Assembly: GCA_017474285.1 (NCBI GenBank) | Contig: JAFVHT010000034.1 | Coordinates: 9,952 to 73,951 of the forward strand | DNA from: Acetobacter sp. | GTDB lineage: Bacteria; Pseudomonadota; Alphaproteobacteria; Acetobacterales; Acetobacteraceae | Direction: 5' to 3' | DNA length: 64,000 nt | Shown here: piece after piece, positions 37,975-49,368 of the stretch | How the letters are laid out: each line of letters starts with the position of its first letter | How positions within the stretch are numbered: the stretch's first letter is position 1 | The notes under the pieces: model-generated | What the model was told of the DNA's origin: nothing | Database searches by the model: none | Seen by the model: only the letters and a program-made list of their open reading frames with translations | Program-made: the position numbers and the translations under genes

Positions 37975-39432
37975 ATGTCTAACCTTGATCCAGAAAATTG
38001 GGACCATATCAGAGTTCTTGGGCATCGTATGCTTGATGAGATGCTTGATAATATTCGAACCGTAGAACAGCAACCTGTTTGGCAGCCACCTCCTCATGCT
38101 GTCAGAACCTTATTTCAAACAGCCTCTTTGCCTCAAACGGGGGTTGATTTAGAAGCGTTATATCAGCAATTTATCGAGCATGTTGTGCCATATGCGGTGG
38201 GGAACCGTCACCCTCGTTTTATGGGCTGGGTTCATGGAGGCGGTACGGCACAGGGTATGTTAGCCGATATGTTAGCGGCAGGGCTTAACGCCAATGTTGG
38301 TGGGCGTAATCATATGCCTGTTGATGTTGAGCACATGGTTATACGTTGGGCAGCAGAATTATTTGGTTTTCCACAAACAACAACAGGGCTTTTAACCTCT
38401 GGATCATCAATGGCGAATTTTGTTGCACTTTTAACCGCATGTCGTGCGATGGCGGGGACAGAAATAAGGCAAAAGGGTGTTGGTGGGCGACTCCTTGTTG
38501 GCTATGCGTGTGAGAGTGCACACGGCTATATTCCACGGGCTTTTGATATGGCAGGGTTAGGGATACAAGCCCTACGATATGTGCCCGCTGATCGCCATTT
38601 CAAAATGGACATAACAGCTCTAAAACAGAGGATTGCCGTCGATCGTGCGCAAGGGTTAGAACCTTTTGTGATAATTGGTACGGCTGGCACGGTTAATGTT
38701 GGGACCATTGATCCATTAGAGGCTTTGGCAGATCTTGCTGCAGAAGAAAAACTTTGGTTTCATGTTGACGGTGCTTTTGGGGCTATGGCACAACTCTCAA
38801 AAGAATATGCGCCTTTGTTACGTGGAATAGAACGTGCCGATAGCCTTGCTTTTGATTTTCATAAATGGACACAAGTTCCCTATGACGCGGGCTGTGTGCT
38901 GATCCGCCATTCAGAGTGTCAAGCAAAAACTTTTGCCCAATCTTTAGATTATTTATCACGAGAAGATAGGGGGCTTGCCGCTCTTGCGGGAGAATCTCCT
39001 TGGTTTTGTGATTTAGGACCTGAACTCTCTCGGGGGTTTCGCGCTCTTAAAGTGTGGTTTGCTTTAGCGGGATTTGGCACAGAAGCGCTGGGAGAAGTCG
39101 TTGAACGTTCTTGCGTAGTGGCGCATTATTTAGAAACACGCGTATACACACTGCCATGGTTAGAACTTATGGCGCCTGTGGTATTAAACATTGTTTGTTT
39201 TAGGGTCGTGGTACCACAAGTTAAAGATCTTGATCATTTTAACGCTGAATTAGTCAAAGATTTACATGAAAGTGGTGTTGCAGCGCCTTCAACAACAAAA
39301 ATTGAGGGGCATGTGGTTATTAGGGTTGCCATTGTCAACCATCGTACAACCGAACGAGATATTGATATTTTGTTAGAGGCTTTGCATAGCCTTGCGTTTG
39401 CAAGAATAAACAGCCTTAAAGAGGTTAAATAG
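37975..39432 (+). CDS. PLP-dependent group II amino-acid decarboxylase (aromatic-L-amino-acid decarboxylase-like)
   Basis: SGSSMANF and DFHKW (PLP-lysine motif) are present, with the overall length and layout of group II decarboxylases. The ATG at 37975 was chosen within ORF 37960..39432. Confidence 0.85.
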   Translation: MSNLDPENWDHIRVLGHRMLDEMLDNIRTVEQQPVWQPPPHAVRTLFQTASLPQTGVDLEALYQQFIEHVVPYAVGNRHPRFMGWVHGGGTAQGMLADMLAAGLNANVGGRNHMPVDVEHMVIRWAAELFGFPQTTTGLLTSGSSMANFVALLTACRAMAGTEIRQKGVGGRLLVGYACESAHGYIPRAFDMAGLGIQALRYVPADRHFKMDITALKQRIAVDRAQGLEPFVIIGTAGTVNVGTIDPLEALADLAAEEKLWFHVDGAFGAMAQLSKEYAPLLRGIERADSLAFDFHKWTQVPYDAGCVLIRHSECQAKTFAQSLDYLSREDRGLAALAGESPWFCDLGPELSRGFRALKVWFALAGFGTEALGEVVERSCVVAHYLETRVYTLPWLELMAPVVLNIVCFRVVVPQVKDLDHFNAELVKDLHESGVAAPSTTKIEGHVVIRVAIVNHRTTERDIDILLEALHSLAFARINSLKEVK

Positions 39433-39494
39433 GGGATATTTGAGAAAATGGGAAAAATAGACTAATTGTCTCAACACGAGTTTTGATAAACAGA

Positions 39495-39527
39495 AAAAGG
39501 CACGTTGACGTGCCTTTTGTCGTTTTT
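39495..39527. terminator. Rho-independent terminator (possibly bidirectional) between convergent genes
   Basis: A 10-bp stem aaaaggcacg/cgtgcctttt with loop ttga, followed by gtcgttttt. Confidence 0.6.
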
Positions 39528-39633
39528 AGAACAGGTTCAGACACGATAAAACGTAAAAAATAAAGCAAATGAAGAATTTATATGGTTGCAAAATTTTTAT
39601 TTTTAGGAATACTATCTATCTATAACAACATTT

Positions 39634-41604
39634 TTAACGAGGTTTTTTATAACGGGGAGAGGCGTCAAACAAAACAGAAAGAGAGTCTAACATTGTCCCA
39701 CCTAAATCTTCCGCGTGGGTAATAGTGACAGCGCGTTGATAATAGCGGGTGACATCGTGCCCAATACCAATAGCGATGAGTTCCACGTCTTTTTTGGTTT
39801 CAATGGTGTGAATCACTTCACGTAAATGATCTTCAAGATACGAGGTTGAGTTAGCCGATAATGTCGCATCATCAACAGGCGCACCGTCAGAAATAACCAT
39901 AAGAATACGGCGGGATTCAGGGCGGTTTTTCAGGCGTGTCCAAGCCCATAAAAGAGATTCCCCGTCAATATTTTCTTTGAGTAGCCCCTCTCGTAACATA
40001 AGCCCAAGATTAGCGCGAGCACGACGCCATGGCGTATCAGCGGCTTTGTAAATAATATGGCGTAAGTCGTTCAGGCGCCCGGGGGAGTCAGGTTTGCCCT
40101 CTTTGAGCCATAACGCACGGCTTTGCCCGCCTTTCCAAGCACCTGTTGTAAAGCCTAAAATCTCGACTTTCACACCGCAACGTTCAAGGGTGCGCGCCAA
40201 AATATCTCCACACATAGCAGCCACGGAAATAGGGCGCCCTCGCATAGAGCCTGAATTATCAATGAGAAGTGTCACAACTGTATCTCTAAATTCTGTATCG
40301 CGTTCTTGCTTATAGGAAAGAGAGAGAACAGGGTTGACAATCACGCGCGAGAGTTTTCCCGCATCTAAAAGCCCCTCTTCTTGGTCAAAAATCCATGAAC
40401 GTGTTTGCCGCGCCATTACGCGCCTTTGAAGCCTATTCGCAAGGCGGGCAATAACGCCTTGAAGCGTGACGAGTTGTTGATCAAGTTGCCGGCGTAAACA
40501 AGCAAGCTCTTCAGGGCTACATATTTTTTCTGCGGAAATTTCTTCATCAAAGCGGGTTGTATAAGCACGGTATTTTGACGCTAAAGGCGCTGTCTCTATT
40601 TCGGTTTCTATATCATCAAAAGGACATGTTTCAACAGCAGCGTCGTTATTTTGTTCCTCTTCAGAAGGGAAACTCTCTGGGAGGTCCTCTAACACAGGAT
40701 CAAAAAGAGAATCACCTGTTCTCATCGGAAGGGGTGACGAGGTTTCATCGGGCTGAGTGTCTTTTTCTTGAGGTGGAGCTTCGTCATCAGAAAGAGACTG
40801 GGGTGTCTCTTCCTCATCAGTAGAAGAAGAAGGAGCGTCAGGCGGGGTATCATTGATAAAAGGTGAGTCTTGTAAAAGACCGCAGCCTACAAGTAATTGA
40901 TGAATAGCACGAGCATAAGCGGCTTGGTTGTTTTTTTGTTTGACAAGAAACTCTAAAGCCTCAAGCGCATGAGGGGGAAGGGTTTCTTGCCATTGGGTCA
41001 GTGTTTTACGCGTAGAGTCAGGGCTTGGAGTGCCTGTGAGCTTTTCTCGTACAAGTAACGTCAAAGCAACACAGGGGGAGAGAAAGCTGCTTTCCGTCAG
41101 GCGGTCTAACCCATAATTTTTTATTTCTTGTTCAAGGCGATAGGCTAAATTTGCGGCAACGCCTTTAAATTGTTCTGCTCCAAGGGCTTCAATACGGGCT
41201 TGTTCGAGAGAGTCATAAATCTCACGGGCAAGGGGTTCTGCGGGTTGGTAAGCGATATGTAAGGCGTTATCGTGGTATTTAAGGCGAAGAGCATAGGCAT
41301 CGGCTTCACCACGAAGACGATTATAATCTGTATCATGAAGCGTAGGAGATGGCGCTTGTAAACGGATTTTTGTACCAAGACTTAAGGGCGCTATAGGCAT
41401 AGGTCCCGAGAGAAAAGAAATGTCAACCTGCCCCTCTTTCCCAAGCCCACCGAGTGCGCGAAGAGTGGCTGTTGTTGCTTGACGAAAAACTTCCGCTTGT
41501 TTTTCGGCGTGTTTCTTTTGGGTTTCTTGGCTTATTGGGGTGAGATTTTGTTCTTGCTTTAGAGAGGAACGTCTCTCTGCAGGGTCTTTTGTCTGTTTTG
41601 CCAT
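39634..41604 (-). CDS. cobT: CobT-like VWA-domain protein (cobaltochelatase CobT family)
   Basis: 656 aa. The C-terminal VWA domain reads [17 protein letters not shown]. There is a long acidic disordered insert, and the gene is paired with cobS. Confidence 0.85.
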   Translation of the reverse strand: MAKQTKDPAERRSSLKQEQNLTPISQETQKKHAEKQAEVFRQATTATLRALGGLGKEGQVDISFLSGPMPIAPLSLGTKIRLQAPSPTLHDTDYNRLRGEADAYALRLKYHDNALHIAYQPAEPLAREIYDSLEQARIEALGAEQFKGVAANLAYRLEQEIKNYGLDRLTESSFLSPCVALTLLVREKLTGTPSPDSTRKTLTQWQETLPPHALEALEFLVKQKNNQAAYARAIHQLLVGCGLLQDSPFINDTPPDAPSSSTDEEETPQSLSDDEAPPQEKDTQPDETSSPLPMRTGDSLFDPVLEDLPESFPSEEEQNNDAAVETCPFDDIETEIETAPLASKYRAYTTRFDEEISAEKICSPEELACLRRQLDQQLVTLQGVIARLANRLQRRVMARQTRSWIFDQEEGLLDAGKLSRVIVNPVLSLSYKQERDTEFRDTVVTLLIDNSGSMRGRPISVAAMCGDILARTLERCGVKVEILGFTTGAWKGGQSRALWLKEGKPDSPGRLNDLRHIIYKAADTPWRRARANLGLMLREGLLKENIDGESLLWAWTRLKNRPESRRILMVISDGAPVDDATLSANSTSYLEDHLREVIHTIETKKDVELIAIGIGHDVTRYYQRAVTITHAEDLGGTMLDSLSVLFDASPRYKKPR

Positions 41605-41626
41605 AAACCCTCCTTAAGGCGATGGT

Positions 41627-42643
41627 CTAAAGCGAAGCCGTGGCGTGTGGGGAGAGAGGAGTGGCATTAAAACAACGTTGATAATATTCAGCAATAATAG
41701 GACGTTCAGAGTCATCACATTTGTTAAGAAACGTAACCCGAAAAGCAAAAGCGATGTCGTTAAAAATTTTATCATTTTCTGCCCAAGAAATCACAGAACG
41801 CGGTGACATCACGGTAGAAATATCCCCTGCCATAAAACCAGCACGGGTTAAACCAGCTAAAGCGACCATATCACGGATTTTTTCGCGGTTTGATGCGTCT
41901 TCTTGGGCAATACCAAGGCGTGAGCAAACAATATCAATTTCTTGTTGCGGGGGAAGATAGTTGAGAGAGGTTACAATATTCCAACGATCCATTTGTCCTT
42001 GGTTAATTTGTTGGGTGCCGTGATAAAGCCCTGTTGTATCTCCTAAGCCTATGGTATTCGCAGTTGCAAAAAGCCGAAACCATGGGTGAGGGGTGACAAT
42101 ACGGTTTTGATCGAGTAGGGTTAGCCGCCCCTCTACCTCAAGGATACGCTGAATCACGAACATCACATCAGGGCGCCCGGCATCATATTCATCAAACACC
42201 AAAGCACAAGGGCGTTGCAAACACCACGGTAATAACCCCTCTTGAAATTCTGTAATTTGTTGCCCGTCTTGTAACACAATGGCATCTTTACCGATGAGAT
42301 CAATGCGTGAAACATGGCTATCAAGATTGATCCGCACACAAGGCCAGTTGAGCCGTGCGGCAATTTGTTCAATATGCGAGGATTTTCCCGTGCCATGAAA
42401 GCCTTGTACCATAACCCGCCGATTATAGGCAAAACCTGCCAAAATCGCTAAAGTTGTTTCGGGGTCAAACAAATAAGTAGGGTCAATATCAGGCACGTGA
42501 TCCGTTCGCACAGAAAAAGCAGGGACGATCATATTGCTTTCAATATGAAAAACCTCACGCGCTGAAACAGAAAGATCAGGGGTTGCTTGCGCAGAAACAG
42601 GGGGAAGCGTATTTGCGGAAAGTGTCGACGTAGTCTGTGGCAT
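41627..42643 (-). CDS. cobS: CobS-like AAA+ (MoxR-type) ATPase
   Basis: [21 protein letters not shown] is the Walker A motif and ALVFDEYD the Walker B motif. The size is typical for CobS. Confidence 0.9.
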   Translation of the reverse strand: MPQTTSTLSANTLPPVSAQATPDLSVSAREVFHIESNMIVPAFSVRTDHVPDIDPTYLFDPETTLAILAGFAYNRRVMVQGFHGTGKSSHIEQIAARLNWPCVRINLDSHVSRIDLIGKDAIVLQDGQQITEFQEGLLPWCLQRPCALVFDEYDAGRPDVMFVIQRILEVEGRLTLLDQNRIVTPHPWFRLFATANTIGLGDTTGLYHGTQQINQGQMDRWNIVTSLNYLPPQQEIDIVCSRLGIAQEDASNREKIRDMVALAGLTRAGFMAGDISTVMSPRSVISWAENDKIFNDIAFAFRVTFLNKCDDSERPIIAEYYQRCFNATPLSPHATASL

Positions 42644-42881
42644 AGATGGCGTTCCTTATGTGTTAGGAAAAAAATATATTGAGGAAATTTTGAAAATAAA
42701 ATGATTAAAGGAAAGTAAGGGGCAGGTTGAGGCGCGCTTTTATTTTAGATGAGTCTTCAAGAAATATCTTATAAAATAAAAGTGTTATCAAAGACTTTAA
42801 CGAACCACGCTCTTAAAACACATTAAGGGTAAATAATTTTTGCAAAAACGTAAATTTAAGAAAAAGTGAAGGGAAAAGAAA

Positions 42882-43223
42882 ATGACAGCATTTTCATTAC
42901 ACGAAACACATCAAGAGAAGCAAGAAGGATCACGGGTTACACGTATACGGGCACTTCTTAAAGCACGATTCAACCCGCAGAAATTAGACATTGAAGATGA
43001 GAGTTACCGTCATGCTCATCATAGAGAAACAGAACGCGGTCCAAAAGCGGGATCTTCTGAAACTCATTTACGCCTACATCTTGTCAGTGCCTCTTTTGAA
43101 GGCGTTGGGCGTGTGGCACGTTCGCGCCTTGTTCATGAGGCATTGGCAGATGAATTTGCCAACGGTCTGCATGCATTAACATTGACCCTTCAAACTCCTG
43201 AAGAATATTCAAAAGCTATTTAA
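42882..43223 (+). CDS. bolA: BolA family protein
   Basis: LDIEDESYRHAHH...HLRLHLVSASFEG..RVARSRLVHEALADE matches the BolA family. Confidence 0.85.
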   Translation: MTAFSLHETHQEKQEGSRVTRIRALLKARFNPQKLDIEDESYRHAHHRETERGPKAGSSETHLRLHLVSASFEGVGRVARSRLVHEALADEFANGLHALTLTLQTPEEYSKAI

Positions 43224-43297
43224 AAATAATTCAAAAAACATAATAAAAAGGCTAAAAAGACCAATCAAAAACGTTAAAAAGAGATTAGGGCAGCACC

Positions 43298-43939
43298 ATG
43301 ATAACGTCTTTTTTACGCAGTAAAAATTTTTATCCCTATTTTTTCCAATCTCTTTTTTCCAAAGGGAGTGCCTATTTACGGGGTTTTTGTGTTAGCGTAA
43401 TCGTGCTTTCTGGGCTTACAGCCTGTGCTGTTTCTCATAAAGAACAAACAGCTGATAATAAAAAAGTCATTTCGGCTGTTGAATCTTATTTAAGTACTGT
43501 CAAACTCAAAGACGTTCCTTTTGTACAAACGTGGTCAGATGGAGTACAAGGGGCAGGAGTACTCACTTATTATCCGGGTAGTTTGTTTATGCGCTATTCT
43601 CAACCCCATGTCATGACACTAAAAGCCAACGGGAAGTCTGCTGTTTTTATCGATCGTGTTATGGGGTCGGAGACACATATGGGGTTATCTCGTAACCCTT
43701 TGGGTGTTTTGTTAGAGAAGCCCGTGCGTCTTTCAGGTTCTGTTATTGTGACCGATGTACAGCAACGTTGGAAAGGGAACAATGGGAGTATACAAATCTC
43801 AATGGCTCGTAAGGATAACCCTTCTCAAGGATTGGTAACATTGCGTTTTAAGCAATTTGGTAAACAAATGACTCTTTATGAAATTCGTATTTTAGATGAA
43901 ACCCATAAAGAAACGATTATTGACCTTGAATCGCCTTAA
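43298..43939 (+). CDS. putative lipoprotein (LolA-like fold suspected)
   Basis: 213 aa with lipobox LSGLTAC. The functional assignment is weak. Confidence 0.45.
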   Translation: MITSFLRSKNFYPYFFQSLFSKGSAYLRGFCVSVIVLSGLTACAVSHKEQTADNKKVISAVESYLSTVKLKDVPFVQTWSDGVQGAGVLTYYPGSLFMRYSQPHVMTLKANGKSAVFIDRVMGSETHMGLSRNPLGVLLEKPVRLSGSVIVTDVQQRWKGNNGSIQISMARKDNPSQGLVTLRFKQFGKQMTLYEIRILDETHKETIIDLESP

Positions 43940-43955
43940 AATTGCCTTAAGAATT

Positions 43956-44663
43956 TTATAAGAAACAAATTTGAGGCGTGCTGCCAAAAATTGTTGGCCA
44001 TATTGTCATAAGGGCAGCATCTAATTCTTCCATAGTAATAGGCATACCAAGTTTATGAAAACTTGTAACGCCATAGTCACGAAGACCGCAAGGAACGATT
44101 CCCTCAAAATCAGATAAACGCGGGTTGACATTGATCGCGATCCCGTGCCAGCTTACCCAACGTGAAAGACGCACACCAATAGCGGCTATTTTTTCTTCTT
44201 GTCCTGTTTGTGGATCAACAACCCAAACGCCAACACGCCCCTCACGAATTTCGCCTTGTATGTTAAAAAGAGCAAGAGTTTGAATAATCCATTGCTCTAA
44301 AGCGTGAACATAGGCACGCACATCTTTAGAAGGAACAGTGCCATGCGATTTATTCAAATCAAGCATGATATAAGCAAGGCGTTGTTGCGGACCGTGATAT
44401 GTCCATTGTCCACCCCGTCCAGCTTGGTAGGTGGGGTAACCCGCAGGGTTAAAGAGATCTTCTTGTTTGGCAGAAGTACCTGCCGTATAAAGGGGCGGGT
44501 GTTCTAAAAGCCATACACGTTCAAATGTTTTTTGGGCAAGTGTTTCTTGGATAGGTGCTTTTTGGGCGTAAATATCACGCACAAATTGCTCCATACGACT
44601 CAACGCTTGAGGGTAGGAAACTTCTTTTTTACTAATTTCCCATAGAATCTGTTTTTTTATCAT
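43956..44663 (-). CDS. lipB: octanoyltransferase LipB
   Basis: [21 protein letters not shown] and [22 protein letters not shown] match LipB. Confidence 0.9.
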   Translation of the reverse strand: MIKKQILWEISKKEVSYPQALSRMEQFVRDIYAQKAPIQETLAQKTFERVWLLEHPPLYTAGTSAKQEDLFNPAGYPTYQAGRGGQWTYHGPQQRLAYIMLDLNKSHGTVPSKDVRAYVHALEQWIIQTLALFNIQGEIREGRVGVWVVDPQTGQEEKIAAIGVRLSRWVSWHGIAINVNPRLSDFEGIVPCGLRDYGVTSFHKLGMPITMEELDAALMTIWPTIFGSTPQICFL

Positions 44664-44737
44664 TGCCGTTTGTGTGTTGTTGATGTATAAGCCCTTATAT
44701 CACATGGTATCACGTTTGTGGTACAGCTTTGCCGCGT

Positions 44738-44823
44738 GCGGTCGTGGCGGAATGGTAGACGCGCAAGCTTGAGGTGCTTGTGGGGGAAACCTCGTGGAAG
44801 TTCGAGTCTTCTCGACCGCACCA
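44738..44823 (+). tRNA. tRNA-Leu (anticodon GAG), CCA encoded
   Basis: Cloverleaf read by hand. The acceptor stem is GCGGTCG/CGACCGC, the anticodon stem-loop is CAAGC-TTGAGGT-GCTTG, the variable arm is long (15 nt), and the T arm is GGAAG-TTCGAGT-CTTCT. Confidence 0.9.
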
Positions 44824-45034
44824 TTATTTTCCAAAACAAGGAAATTGTCACAATTTTGCCATTAAGCCTCATTAACTCTTAATTATGAAAGCCTAATTGA
44901 CGCTTCTCTTTTCCTCTTTTCGTGTTTTCGTGAGTAGAGAGGATAATGTTAAGGGGTAAAATAAAATGGGTATAAGCGCCTAGAGTTTTGGTTTTGTGAA
45001 CACTATCGTGTTATAAAAAGATAAAGAGGGTTCT

Positions 45035-45910
45035 ATGTCTCACCATATTCCTTTACGTAAGGCTGTTTTTCCTGTTGCTGGTTTGGGAACACGTTTTTTA
45101 CCTGCAACAAAAGTTATGCCGAAAGAAATGTTACCCGTTGTTGATAAACCCTTGATTCAATACGCTATTGATGAGGCACGGGCAGCGGGTATTGAAGAAT
45201 TTTGTTTAGTCACTGGGCGCGGTAAAGATTCTCTCATTGATTACTTTGACATTGCCTATGAATTGGAAGACACCCTTAAAAAACGTGGCAAAACAGACTA
45301 CCTTGATATTTTACAGCCCAGCGTTGTTAAACCCGGTTCACTTGTAGCCGTGCGTCAGCAGGAACCTTTAGGGCTTGGGCACGCGGTATGGTGTGCGCGT
45401 GATTTTGTGGGTAATGATCCATTTGCTGTTTTGTTGCCTGATGATATTGTGCACTCTCCCGTTGGGTGCTTGCAACAATTGGTAGAGGTCTACAACAAAA
45501 CAGGGGGCAATGTGCTTGCTGTTTCAGAAGTTCCCCGTGAACACACGAACCGTTATGGTATTTTAGATATAGGCACTGATGACGGGCATTTGGTTGAGGT
45601 TAAAGGGTTGGTTGAAAAACCCAAACCAGAAGAAGCCCCCTCTTGTTTATCCATCATCGGTCGTTATGTGCTGACAGCCGACATTATGCCTCATTTAGCC
45701 AAATTAGAACGGGGAGCAGGTGGCGAAGTCCAGCTTACAGATGCTATGGCAAAAGTGATTGGAAAAGTTCCTTTCCATGGCGTACGCTATAAAGGGACAC
45801 GTTATGATTGTGGTGATAAAGTTGGATTCCTTGAAGCGCAAATCGCTTTGGCTCTTGAGCGTCCAGACCTTGCCGATGGTGTACGCGAATTTTTAAGACG
45901 TTATCTTTAA
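45035..45910 (+). CDS. galU: UTP--glucose-1-phosphate uridylyltransferase
   Basis: AVFPVAGLGTRFLPATKVMPKEMLPVVDKPLIQY is the canonical GalU N-terminus. Confidence 0.9.
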   Translation: MSHHIPLRKAVFPVAGLGTRFLPATKVMPKEMLPVVDKPLIQYAIDEARAAGIEEFCLVTGRGKDSLIDYFDIAYELEDTLKKRGKTDYLDILQPSVVKPGSLVAVRQQEPLGLGHAVWCARDFVGNDPFAVLLPDDIVHSPVGCLQQLVEVYNKTGGNVLAVSEVPREHTNRYGILDIGTDDGHLVEVKGLVEKPKPEEAPSCLSIIGRYVLTADIMPHLAKLERGAGGEVQLTDAMAKVIGKVPFHGVRYKGTRYDCGDKVGFLEAQIALALERPDLADGVREFLRRYL

Positions 45911-45943
45911 AGTCAAATGATGAAAATAAAGGGTAGGGGAGAG

Positions 45944-47344
45944 ATGTCATTTTCACATAAGTTTGATCTTACAAGCCTGCGCGAATACGATATTCGTGGT
46001 CTTGTTGGTAAAACCCTCACATCGGAAGATGCTTTTGCTATAGGGCGTGTTTTTGGCAGTATTATCCACCGTAAGGGTGGAAAAACTATGGTCGTGGGAT
46101 ATGATGGTCGGTTATCCTCTCCCCTGTTAGAAGAGGCGCTTGTACAAGGTGCCGTTGATTGCGGTCTTAAAGTAATACGCATAGGCTGCGGCCCAACTCC
46201 TATGCTCTATTATGCATCGGTTGCCTTAAAAACTGACGGGGCTATTATGGTCACGGGAAGTCACAACCCTCCCGAATATAACGGCTTCAAAATGACATTA
46301 GGGGGTAAGCCCTTTTTTGGTGAACAAATCCGTGCTTTAGGGGAACAAGCCGCCGCAGGTGATGTTGTGGCTTTAGAAAAAGGCACGGTTTGTGAACATG
46401 CTATCCGAGAGGACTATGTTCGCCGTTTATTGCAAGATTATCAAGGAAGCACGCGGAAGCTAAAAATTGTGTGGGATAATGGCAATAGTTCAGCAGGGAA
46501 AGTGTTAGAAGACCTGGTTGCATCATTTCCCGGGGGTCATGAACATATTGTGTTGAACGCTGCTATTGATGGCACTTTTCCCGCACACCACCCCGATCCA
46601 ACAGTCGCCAAAAATCTCGCGCAGTTAATCAGTGTTGTACGGGATAACAAAGCAGATTTAGGGATTGCTTTTGATGGTGACGCCGATCGTATTGGCGTGG
46701 TCGACAACAAAGGGCAAATCCTTTGGGGCGATCAAATTCTTGTTTTATTAGCGCGTGATATTTTGAAAACCCATCAAGGGGCAACCATTATTGCCGATGT
46801 TAAAGCGAGTCAAGTGTTCTTTGATGAAATTGAGCGGGCAGGAGGAAAACCGCTGATGTGGCGGACGGGACACTCCCTCATTAAATCCAAAATGGCAGAA
46901 ACAAAATCTGTTCTTGCGGGGGAAATGTCGGGGCATATCTTTTTTCTCGATAAATGGTACGGCTTTGATGACGCCCTTTATGCGGGTGTGCGGGTGTTAG
47001 ATATTGTCGCTCGTATGGAAGAACCGCTTTCTGTTTTCCGTGACTCTTTACCTCTTACAGTTTCAACGCCTGAAATTCGCTTCCCGTGTGATGATCGTTT
47101 GAAATTTCAATTAGTGCAAGACGTCGCAACCCGTTTACAAGAAGAAGGGGCAAACGTTTCCACCATTGATGGCGTACGGGTGAACACACCCGACGGCTGG
47201 TGGTTACTTCGCGCCTCAAACACACAAGCCGTTCTTGTCGCCCGTGCCGAAGCAAGTGACTCTACAGGGTTAGAACGTTTGAAAAAAGCCCTTATACACC
47301 ATTTGACCCAAGTAGGGTTAGAAGCGCCTAACTTTGACGCTTAA
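45944..47344 (+). CDS. phosphomannomutase/phosphoglucomutase
   Basis: MVTGSHNPPEYNGFK is the active-site Ser motif and FDGDADRIGVVD the metal site. The ATG at 45944 is preceded by ggggagag. Confidence 0.9.
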   Translation: MSFSHKFDLTSLREYDIRGLVGKTLTSEDAFAIGRVFGSIIHRKGGKTMVVGYDGRLSSPLLEEALVQGAVDCGLKVIRIGCGPTPMLYYASVALKTDGAIMVTGSHNPPEYNGFKMTLGGKPFFGEQIRALGEQAAAGDVVALEKGTVCEHAIREDYVRRLLQDYQGSTRKLKIVWDNGNSSAGKVLEDLVASFPGGHEHIVLNAAIDGTFPAHHPDPTVAKNLAQLISVVRDNKADLGIAFDGDADRIGVVDNKGQILWGDQILVLLARDILKTHQGATIIADVKASQVFFDEIERAGGKPLMWRTGHSLIKSKMAETKSVLAGEMSGHIFFLDKWYGFDDALYAGVRVLDIVARMEEPLSVFRDSLPLTVSTPEIRFPCDDRLKFQLVQDVATRLQEEGANVSTIDGVRVNTPDGWWLLRASNTQAVLVARAEASDSTGLERLKKALIHHLTQVGLEAPNFDA

Positions 47345-47757
47345 TTTTTGACGTCTTATTTTAAGAGGTAAAAGAAGAGAGAAAAAATAGGGTATTTTCT
47401 CTATTCTTTTCTTAACGTACAAAAAATAACCCAAAACACTCCCTAAAAATGGGCTTCATAAAATTTGTGACGTTTTTTGAACGTGTAAAAAAGTAAAATA
47501 CCCCCTCTTAAAACATGTTCAACACGCGCCAAAACAGATTTCACAATGACCCTCAAAATTCTTTTGTGGTGTGTGGCGAGTTATCTCTTGTTAAGAGTGT
47601 GTAAATATGATAAGGAAATAAATAAAATTTCGGCTCTACGCGGCATAAAACTCCTTTGAGGAATATGTATCACAATGATAAAGAACGATATAAAGAACGA
47701 ACACGCATTATAAAGAAAGTGTGAAAAAGGAACAGGAGCAATTTAAGGGGGCTCACT

Positions 47758-49368
47758 ATGACAGAAACCATGACGAAAAAAGAGCAAGAATTAACCGCGC
47801 TTCATGCCACGATTTGGCAAGTCGCCAATGATTTACGCGGTAGTGTCGATGGGTGGGATTTCAAAGCCTATGTATTAGGTATGTTGTTTTATCGCTTTAT
47901 TTCCGAAGACGCAGCGAATACATGTGACATGGCGGCTCAAAGTGATTGTGAGGGGGAGACGTTTACGCCTTACGCACAACAGCTTGATGATGCCGTTGAC
48001 ACTGAAGAAGTGCGGGAGTGGTTTTTACAACAAAAGGGCTTTTTTATCCGCCCGAGTGAGTTATTTGAAAATGTCTGTCGCCGTGTGGCAGAAGATAAAG
48101 ATTTTCGCGATAATATTAACGAAACCCTCACGACGATTTTTCAAAATATTCAACGCTCTGCGCTTGGGCATGCGAGTGAAGACGCGATTAAAGGATTGTT
48201 AGAGGATATTAAACTCAACGATAAAAAATTAGGCGCAACGGTTGAGGAACGCAGTAAAAAAATTGTCAAGCTCCTTACCGCGATTGAGGGGCTTAATTTT
48301 GGTGCCTATAGCCGTAGTTCTATTGATCTTTTTGGCGATGCGTATGAGTATCTCATGGCGATGTATGCTGAAAATGCGGGCAAATCTGGCGGGGAGTTTT
48401 TTACCCCGCAAGACGTGGCAGAATTGCTCGCGCGTATTACGGTGCTCGGCAAAGACCGCTTAAGAAACGTGTATGACCCTGCCTGTGGATCTGGATCTTT
48501 ATTGCTGACCTTTGTCAAAGTATTAGGGGGCAACGGCGATAAAATACGCGAAGGCTTTTACGGGCAGGAAATAAACTTAACCACGTATAACCTTTGCCGT
48601 ATGAATATGTTTTTACACGGTATTAGCTACGATAAATTTCACATTGTGCAAGGCGATACGCTTGAAAAATGGGAAAATTGGGGCGGAAAAAAATTTGATG
48701 CCATTGTTTCTAACCCGCCTTATTCCATTTCGTGGAACGGTATCGCAAACCCCTTATTATTGAATGATGAGCGTTTTTCACCTGCTGGCGTGTTAGCGCC
48801 TAAGAAAAACGCGGATTTAGCCTTTGTCATGCACGCGCTTTATTGTTTAGATCCGCATGGCACGGCGGCGATTGTTTCTTTCCCCGGGGTGTTATACCGC
48901 GACGGGGCAGAGCAAACCATTCGTGAATATTTGGTTGAAAATAATTATGTGCATGCGGTTATTGCCTTGCCCGATAACCTCTTTTTTGGCACGGGGATAC
49001 AAACCGCAATCCTTGTGTTGAAAAAAAGCAAAAAAGACGACTCTATTCTTTTTATTGATGCGAGTAAAAATTTTGTGCGGAGCAAAACCAAAAACAGGCT
49101 AACCAAAGCCATTATTGAGGAGATTTTGCAGCACTATGAAAACCGCCAAACAAGAGAGGGCGTTTCTGCCCTTGTCCGTGCTGAACAAGTGGAACAACAA
49201 AAATATAATTTAAGTGTGGAGTGTTATGTCAACACCCAAACCGATAATGAAGAAGAAGACATTGATATTCTCGCTCTCAATCAAGAAATTGCTCAAGTCG
49301 TAGCCCATCAAACAGCTGTGCGGCATGAGGTTGATATTTTGGTTGAACGCCTTGAGAGTGGTGCTTAA
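47758..49368 (+). CDS. hsdM: type I restriction-modification system methyltransferase subunit HsdM
   Basis: GEFFTPQDVAELL, DPACGSGSLLL (motif I) and VSNPPYS (motif IV) are present, with an HsdM_N-like N-terminus. Confidence 0.9.
   Translation: MTETMTKKEQELTALHATIWQVANDLRGSVDGWDFKAYVLGMLFYRFISEDAANTCDMAAQSDCEGETFTPYAQQLDDAVDTEEVREWFLQQKGFFIRPSELFENVCRRVAEDKDFRDNINETLTTIFQNIQRSALGHASEDAIKGLLEDIKLNDKKLGATVEERSKKIVKLLTAIEGLNFGAYSRSSIDLFGDAYEYLMAMYAENAGKSGGEFFTPQDVAELLARITVLGKDRLRNVYDPACGSGSLLLTFVKVLGGNGDKIREGFYGQEINLTTYNLCRMNMFLHGISYDKFHIVQGDTLEKWENWGGKKFDAIVSNPPYSISWNGIANPLLLNDERFSPAGVLAPKKNADLAFVMHALYCLDPHGTAAIVSFPGVLYRDGAEQTIREYLVENNYVHAVIALPDNLFFGTGIQTAILVLKKSKKDDSILFIDASKNFVRSKTKNRLTKAIIEEILQHYENRQTREGVSALVRAEQVEQQKYNLSVECYVNTQTDNEEEDIDILALNQEIAQVVAHQTAVRHEVDILVERLESGA

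Noticed and set aside
44660-44872. A 70-aa minus-strand ORF.
   Set aside because: It is entirely explained by the tRNA-Leu gene and its flanks on the opposite strand, so it is spurious.
47378-47402. A hairpin agagaaaa/ttttctct after the pgm gene, considered as its terminator.
   Set aside because: The stem is 8 bp with only 2 GC pairs and a 9-nt loop. That is too weak to call.
47678-47700. Tandem ataaagaacga x2 (12-nt period), about 60 nt upstream of hsdM.
   Set aside because: It could be an operator, but it is only two short AT-rich copies and there is no controller (C-protein) gene nearby. The evidence is insufficient.
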